Positions 46,416-64,000 of a stretch of DNA of 64,000 nucleotides are shown in pieces. Within the stretch, counting starts at the first letter, position 1. The number at the start of each line of letters is the position of its first letter. Location of the stretch: positions 186,001 through 250,000 of the forward strand of contig NIVC01000481.1 in the NCBI GenBank assembly GCA_002269645.1, given 5' to 3'. The position numbers were made by a program, and so were the translations under genes. The notes under the pieces are model-generated. The model did not search any database and was not told the origin of the DNA. It was given only the letters and a program-made list of their open reading frames with translations. This stretch comes from Macrostomum lignano (Eukaryota).

Positions 46416-46589
46416 TAGTGAAACACGTCGATTCTGATTGGCTGAGCCTATTTTTTATAGTGGAATACGTCGATTCTGCTTGGGTGAGCCGATTTTTTAA
46501 ACCGCATAGAAGCGTATACATGTTTTATATTTTAGGTTATATTTTTTATTTTAGATTATACGAGCTATTCTTTATATCTTACATTTTAG

Positions 46590-47140
46590 ATAAGCAAAGA
46601 ATGAGTAAGATACGGGAGAGAGGAAAAGACAATGGGGAAGATAAGGGAGGGAGGGAAGGAAGTAATGGGAAAGATTGGGGGAGATAAGGAAAGAATTGGG
46701 AAGGTAGGGGAGGGAAGGAAAGAATGGGGAAGGTAGGGGAGGGAAGGAAAGAATGGGGAAGGTAGGGGAGGGAAGGAAAGAATGGGGAAGGTAGGGGAGG
46801 GAAGGAAAGAATGGGGAAGGTAGGGGAGGGAAGGAAAGAATGGGGAAGGTAGGGGAGGGAAGGAAAGAATGGGGAAGGTAGGGAGAAGGAAAGAATGGGG
46901 AAGGTAGGGGAGGGAAGGAAAGAATGGGGAAGGTAGGGGAGGGAAGGAAAGAATGGGGAAGGTAGGGGAGGGAAGGAAAGAATGGGGAAGGTAGGGGAGG
47001 GAAGGAAAGAATGGGGAAGGTAGGGGAGGGAAGGAAAGAATGGGGAAGGTAGGGGAGGGAAGGAAAGAATGGGAAGGTGAGGGAGGAAGGAAAGAATGGG
47101 GAAGATAGGGGAGGGAGGGAAACAATGGGGAAGATAGGGC
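46590..47140. repeat. 29-bp purine-rich minisatellite (ggggaaggtaggggagggaaggaaagaat)
   Basis: Tandem units. Confidence 0.93.
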
Positions 47141-47464
47141 AGAGGGAAATTCGATTGAAAAATAAGCGAACAAGTTACCAAAGTCTGACGAATAAATTTT
47201 CAATCCCTGCTGTATTTAGAAAATCGATAAAACTTGAAGTGTAGTTTTTCAAAAAATAGTTTACAATATCATAAAGTTGTGAAGACATTTCCAAAGCTGT
47301 TGATAAAATAACTCGTATATTCGTTGGGTCTACTTTCTATGCCACAGCGCTAGTAGTGTAATATGAACATATTTAATTTTCCTTATAGAGAAGAATAAAA
47401 GAATCTCAAATATAAAGGAAACTGTTTTTGAAGTGGAGTTTTTTAACGCAATAAATAACCGAAA

Positions 47465-58219
<10,755 letters not shown>

Positions 58220-58810
58220 TTTTATTGCTTAATATTACAGTGAACACTTCTATAATAATGTGGTGCGATTAGTGTGGAGATATTTTTGCGTGACAATAAA
58301 AGATGCTCAAAAGTAAACTTTATAAGATGCACAAAACCTGAGTAAAAACGATGACGAATTGTGGAACGAGTAGCTAGAAACAAAAAAGTTATAAAAATAT
58401 AAGCGTTAGAAATTTATTTAATAAATAAATAAATATTAAAACTGTTTCTGTTACACAAAAAGTTTACGAAAAACGTAGATAACTTCATAACTATAAACAA
58501 CTTGTTATAATGGTTGCTATGATAAAAATCATGTAAACATTTAGTATAAAAATTTAAAACGCACGCAATAGTTTACTTTATTACGATCAGTGCTGATCAC
58601 TTCAAATTTTGGTCTATTGGTCTATATAGCAACCATTATAATTGCAAATATTGATTGCATTGCAGTAAAATTTTTTAATATAATCGTCTTTCAAATGGTT
58701 TAATTTTGATAACAACATTATAGGTTTAACTCGTTTGATGCCATTTCTTAATCTTTGTGCATTTGTTTTGCTATCACCAATTTTAGTTACTTTTTCAGTC
58801 AAATTTCAGG
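58220..58810. promoter_or_regulatory. Putative bidirectional promoter with two X-box-like (RFX) motifs
   Basis: AT-rich spacer between divergent genes; GTTGCTATGATAAA at 58513-26 and GTCTATATAGCAAC at 58620-33; + strand donor cag|gtgaga at 58810 implies a 5'UTR exon. Confidence 0.45.
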
Positions 58811-59504
58811 TGAGATCAGTTGTTAGTCAAATCAATCAGTACTTTCGAGTATATAAATATAACAGAGAGTATATGTATATGTATAGTAAACAGTTCAGTA
58901 TTTTGAAAGAATGACTAAAAAGACGCTTTTAGTGTAATGTTGTACACTCGTACTACAGGCTGTGCCGATCAGTTTATGAGCAAGTTTAGATTTTGAGTTG
59001 ATATCATCTTATGGATTAAGCTGCGATTATCGATTATATAAGCCTCAATATAAGTAAACATCTTAAATTTGTTTGAAAATAGCATGGATTCCTTGTTTTT
59101 AAACTTTCTTGAACTTTCATAAAAGCTTGCAAAGGGCTGGAATATTTCACTTCCAGCCCTGAGAACTGAAATATTTATTAATAATAATCTATCAATTATT
59201 ATTATTAATATATATTAACTGGAATATTTCACTCCCTTTACTGAAAACATTTGTATTTTTCTGGCTTTAATTTTGCCAAAAAATAACGAAGGAAGGCTTT
59301 GTTATGACATGACTACATTATATTACAGTTTTCACTATAATACATACTGCTTTAGTGACTGAAGCAGAATTTATGAATATATATTATTACACTTATTGAA
59401 CTCTGAATGTTAACACCAATTCTGAATATTATTAATTATAGTCCATTAAATGTCAACTATTTAATGCTCACTAATTTTAAATTTTCAGACCGCCCCAAAA
59501 ACTC

Positions 59505-63643
<4,139 letters not shown>

Positions 63644-64000
63644 TAGTTGATTTTTTAACATGAAAAAAGTTTTCTTAATACATTTGCGGAAAACAAACCC
63701 GGAAAAAACGCAGGAAATAAAATCGGAAAACAAACCCGGAAAATAAATCCGGAAAGTAATAATTCTATCTGTAATGTAATCAATCTTTTATTGAAAATAA
63801 TAGAGTCAATACATTAAATGAGCTTCATCACAGATCGTTGACAAATACGGTGCTATAATTGAAACAATATAAAATGGAGGTATTCATTTTTTTATTTCGC
63901 TTCGAAACTATTTTGCACTGTTGATTTTTTGTATCTGTCAGAGCACAGCATGCTTAGTAAACAATGGATGCTTGAGAAACAATGGAATCAATAATCTGCC

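Noticed and set aside
58614-58802. 62-aa minus ORF as an extra upstream exon of the EVC-like gene
   Set aside because: AT-rich, TTG start, no compatible donor; the ATG at 58219 has an AAAA context.
59133-59160. 10-bp hairpin AGGGCTGGAA/TTCCAGCCCT
   Set aside because: Real but short and isolated in a probable 5'UTR intron; not a terminator in a eukaryote and no further support.

Overview
Eukaryotic (metazoan) genomic DNA with GC-rich exons and introns filled with minisatellites. This style suggests a flatworm such as Macrostomum, but that is inference only. The window holds four main elements. (1) A complete plasma-membrane Ca2+-ATPase gene (PMCA/ATP2B, + strand, ATG 5444 to about 40088). It has microexons in the first cytosolic loop (vertebrate 'site A'). 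It also has an unusually rich exon set at the splice point inside the calmodulin-binding domain ('site C'): three alternative terminal exons plus candidate 9-, 15- and 16-nt microexons that the ORF track misses. (2) An intact, apparently very young Ty3/Gypsy LTR retrotransposon (- strand, 41448-46415) with identical 191-bp LTRs, a 4-bp TSD, a tRNA-Leu-type PBS, a PPT and a GGGAAAC -1 frameshift signal with a likely pseudoknot. (3) A 10-exon, ~919-aa gene for a single-TM, long coiled-coil protein (- strand, 58219-47465) with motifs resembling EVC/EVC2 ciliary Hedgehog regulators. (4) A signal-peptide gene with a beta-rich then mucin-like ectodomain (+ strand, from 59505, running out of the window), head-to-head with (3) across an AT-rich spacer with X-box-like motifs. 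This recalls the conserved EVC-EVC2 divergent pair. About 35 tandem arrays make up much of the rest and explain most long ORFs in the track. Exon models were built by hand from GT-AG sites and phase; comparisons to human proteins are from memory, not computed alignments.
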